Shown one piece after another: positions 30,173 to 31,603 of a stretch of DNA of 31,603 nt. The stretch's first letter is position 1, and every line of letters starts with the position of its first letter. Source of the stretch: Emiliania huxleyi CCMP1516 (taxonomy: Eukaryota); NCBI RefSeq assembly GCF_000372725.1, contig NW_005201851.1, forward strand, positions 467,179 through 498,781, in the 5' to 3' direction. The translations under genes were made by a program, and so were the position numbers. A model generated the notes under the pieces. It made no database searches. It was not told the origin of the DNA and saw only the letters and a list, made by a program, of their open reading frames with translations.

Positions 30173-30263
30173 GAGCGTCTCGAGCGCTGAAGTATATCGG
30201 CGCACCCCACACCCACGAGTGGGCTGTCGAGGGGCGCGCGTCATATTGCGCCGAGGCACGCCC
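30173..30263 (-). promoter_or_regulatory. SECIS-like element in the 3' UTR of the DsrE-like gene
   Basis: Minus strand reads GGGCGU..CUCGGCGC-AAU-AUGAC-GCGCGCCCC-UCGACA-GCCCA-CUCG-UGGGU-GU-GGGGUGCGC-CGAU-AUACUUCA-GCGCUCGAG-ACGCUC: helix I, AUGA/GA kink-turn core, 9-bp helix II and apical mini-stem (form 2). Folded by eye. Confidence 0.75.
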
Positions 30264-30296
30264 TGCTCCGGGCCGTGCGACTGAAGAAACGTCCGT

Positions 30297-30844
30297 CTAG
30301 AAGCACAGGATCTTGTCCGCGTTTGCATACATTGCGAGCGCCGCCGGGTCGGTGGCCGCCTTGATGGAGCAGTTGGGGCGCGGGCCCACGCTGCTCATGA
30401 TCGCGACGTCCGTGATGCCACGGCTGCAGGGTGGGTGTGGGATCGGGGGCAGGATCGGGAACGGTGGCAGGGCAGGTGGGATCGGGATCGGGGGCAGGTA
30501 GGGCGGGGGAAGGTGGAGAGAGAGCCGATGCAGTGCCGGGGCGAGACTCACGCGTCGGCACAGAAGGATCAGACGGTCCAGGTGACCCGATTTATGTCTT
30601 GCATGCATGGGTCGTCGAGGAGCTTGGACATCGGGGGCAGCCCAAACGCGCCGATCGAACGCAGGACCTTGTCCTCCACAACCCAGCCGCCCTCGGCCAT
30701 GAGGACGAAGTCAACCTTGGTCGTTGCGTCGCCCTTGAGCTGCGCGAAGCCATTGGTGACGGCGACGTGGACCTTGGTGGCGTCGCACGTGCCGCTCGAG
30801 ATCAGGATCATGAAGCGTTGGCCCTCCTTCTTTTTGGCGAACAT
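30297..30844 (-). CDS. DsrE/DsrF/YchN-like protein, predicted selenoprotein (139 aa, Sec92, U-S-F-C motif); exons 30844-30552 and 30423-30297
   Basis: Spliced product MFAKKKEGQRFMILISSG...VDFVLMAEGGWVV...TWTV-U-SFCADA|RGITDV...ANADKILCF*. Canonical GTGAGT donor lies 17 nt after the UGA (30569-30571), with a CTGCAG acceptor. DsrE hallmarks are 'vfLm.dgv', 'CxxC...RGi' and terminal 'aD.vl.F'. Confidence 0.85.
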
Positions 30845-30991
30845 GGCCAAGCGTTGCCGGGGCTCTTGATGATGTGAGTGCTGGGGGGAATGGGTTCGAA
30901 TTCGAGGGGTGTCGGCAGCCGTTACACAGCCGATGGAAGAAGGCGCAGGGCGGACAAGAAATTAGATTTCGCCGACAATCGCACTCCCTCT

Positions 30992-31548
30992 TCACATGTT
31001 GCCGCCCGAGGCGAAGAAGCCCGTGTCGAGGAGCGACGCGATCTCGGCCAGGAAGGCCTTGCGCTTGCTGCTGTCGGTCGTCAGCGGCGTGAGCTGGTCC
31101 AGCTTCGAGAGGAAGGGTGCCTATGGCACGCTCGGCCGCGCCGGTGACGCCCCGCCGCTCGCCACACGCCCGGGGTGGGGGTGGGGGTGGGGGAGGCGCG
31201 CCCGCTCAAACTTGAGCCGCGCCTGCACCACCTTTGGGAAGAGGGGCTTGAAGAGGCCGACAAAGGCCTGCGGGAGGGCGAGGAAGAGGGCGGGACAGGT
31301 CATCAGGTGCACGTCTGCGTCGCCGCGACAGGCGAGAGCGGCACCGCGGCGGCACTCCGAGTGCAGCGGCTCACGGGAGGCAGGGCAAGGCTGGGCGAGA
31401 TAAGTGCTGCGTGCGCGGGTGTGCGTGAGAGTATGAGGGAGCGACGAGTCTGTGTCCGCCTGCAGGATGAATGGCAGGTTGAGGATGAGAGTCGGCCCGG
31501 CGAGGGAGGGGTACAGCTTCTCGTACGACTTGGACGAGGCGGTCAGGC
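30992..31548 (-). CDS. 3' exons of a CRAL-TRIO/Sec14-like protein (31548-31460, 31267-31202, 31120-30992); 5' part outside window
   Basis: Spliced LTASSKSYEKLYPSLAGPTLILNLPFILQ|AFVGLFKPLFPKVVQARLKFER|APFLSKL..GGNM* resembles the CRAL-TRIO C-terminus (yP......iiN.P..f....l.kp.l......ki.f). Confidence 0.65.
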
Positions 31549-31603
31549 CTGCGAGGCAGCGCCCGGCGGGGTGCGGTCGCCGTGGCGCGAGGGTGAGGCG
31601 GCG

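Noticed and set aside
30569..30571. TGA as a true stop or pseudogene lesion in the DsrE-like gene
   Set aside because: It aligns with the family Cys, downstream coding and splicing are intact, and a SECIS-like hairpin follows; Sec recoding is more parsimonious.

Overview
GC-rich eukaryotic genomic DNA with a 956-nt assembly gap (18252-19207). Many short GC-AG introns and 10-11-nt intronic tandem repeats point to a haptophyte, most likely Emiliania/Gephyrocapsa huxleyi (inference, not a database match). I reconstructed these genes by hand: tripeptidyl-peptidase II (16 introns, runs off the left edge), a PhyH-like Fe(II)/2OG dioxygenase, an orphan 3' half of a CPA1 Na+/H+ exchanger, a coiled-coil protein, a Pro-rich CUB-like protein, nucleoporin Nup160 head-to-head with an NFKBIL1-like gene, a hypothetical protein, a Pro-rich GDPH/VWD-like protein followed by a degenerate intronless paralog fragment, a DsrE/YchN-like gene and the 3' end of a CRAL-TRIO-like gene. 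There is also a TA-flanked Tc1/mariner-type MITE. Two findings stand out. (1) The DsrE-like gene has an in-frame UGA at the first Cys of the family CxxC motif (UxxC) and a SECIS-like hairpin in its 3' UTR, so it is a probable selenoprotein that ORF finders truncate. (2) About half of the 35 introns I could delimit begin with a 12-37-nt copy of the start of the following exon, usually followed by a roughly 11-nt-periodic filler ending in AG, which looks like the footprint of a large-scale duplication-plus-filler intron-gain mechanism.
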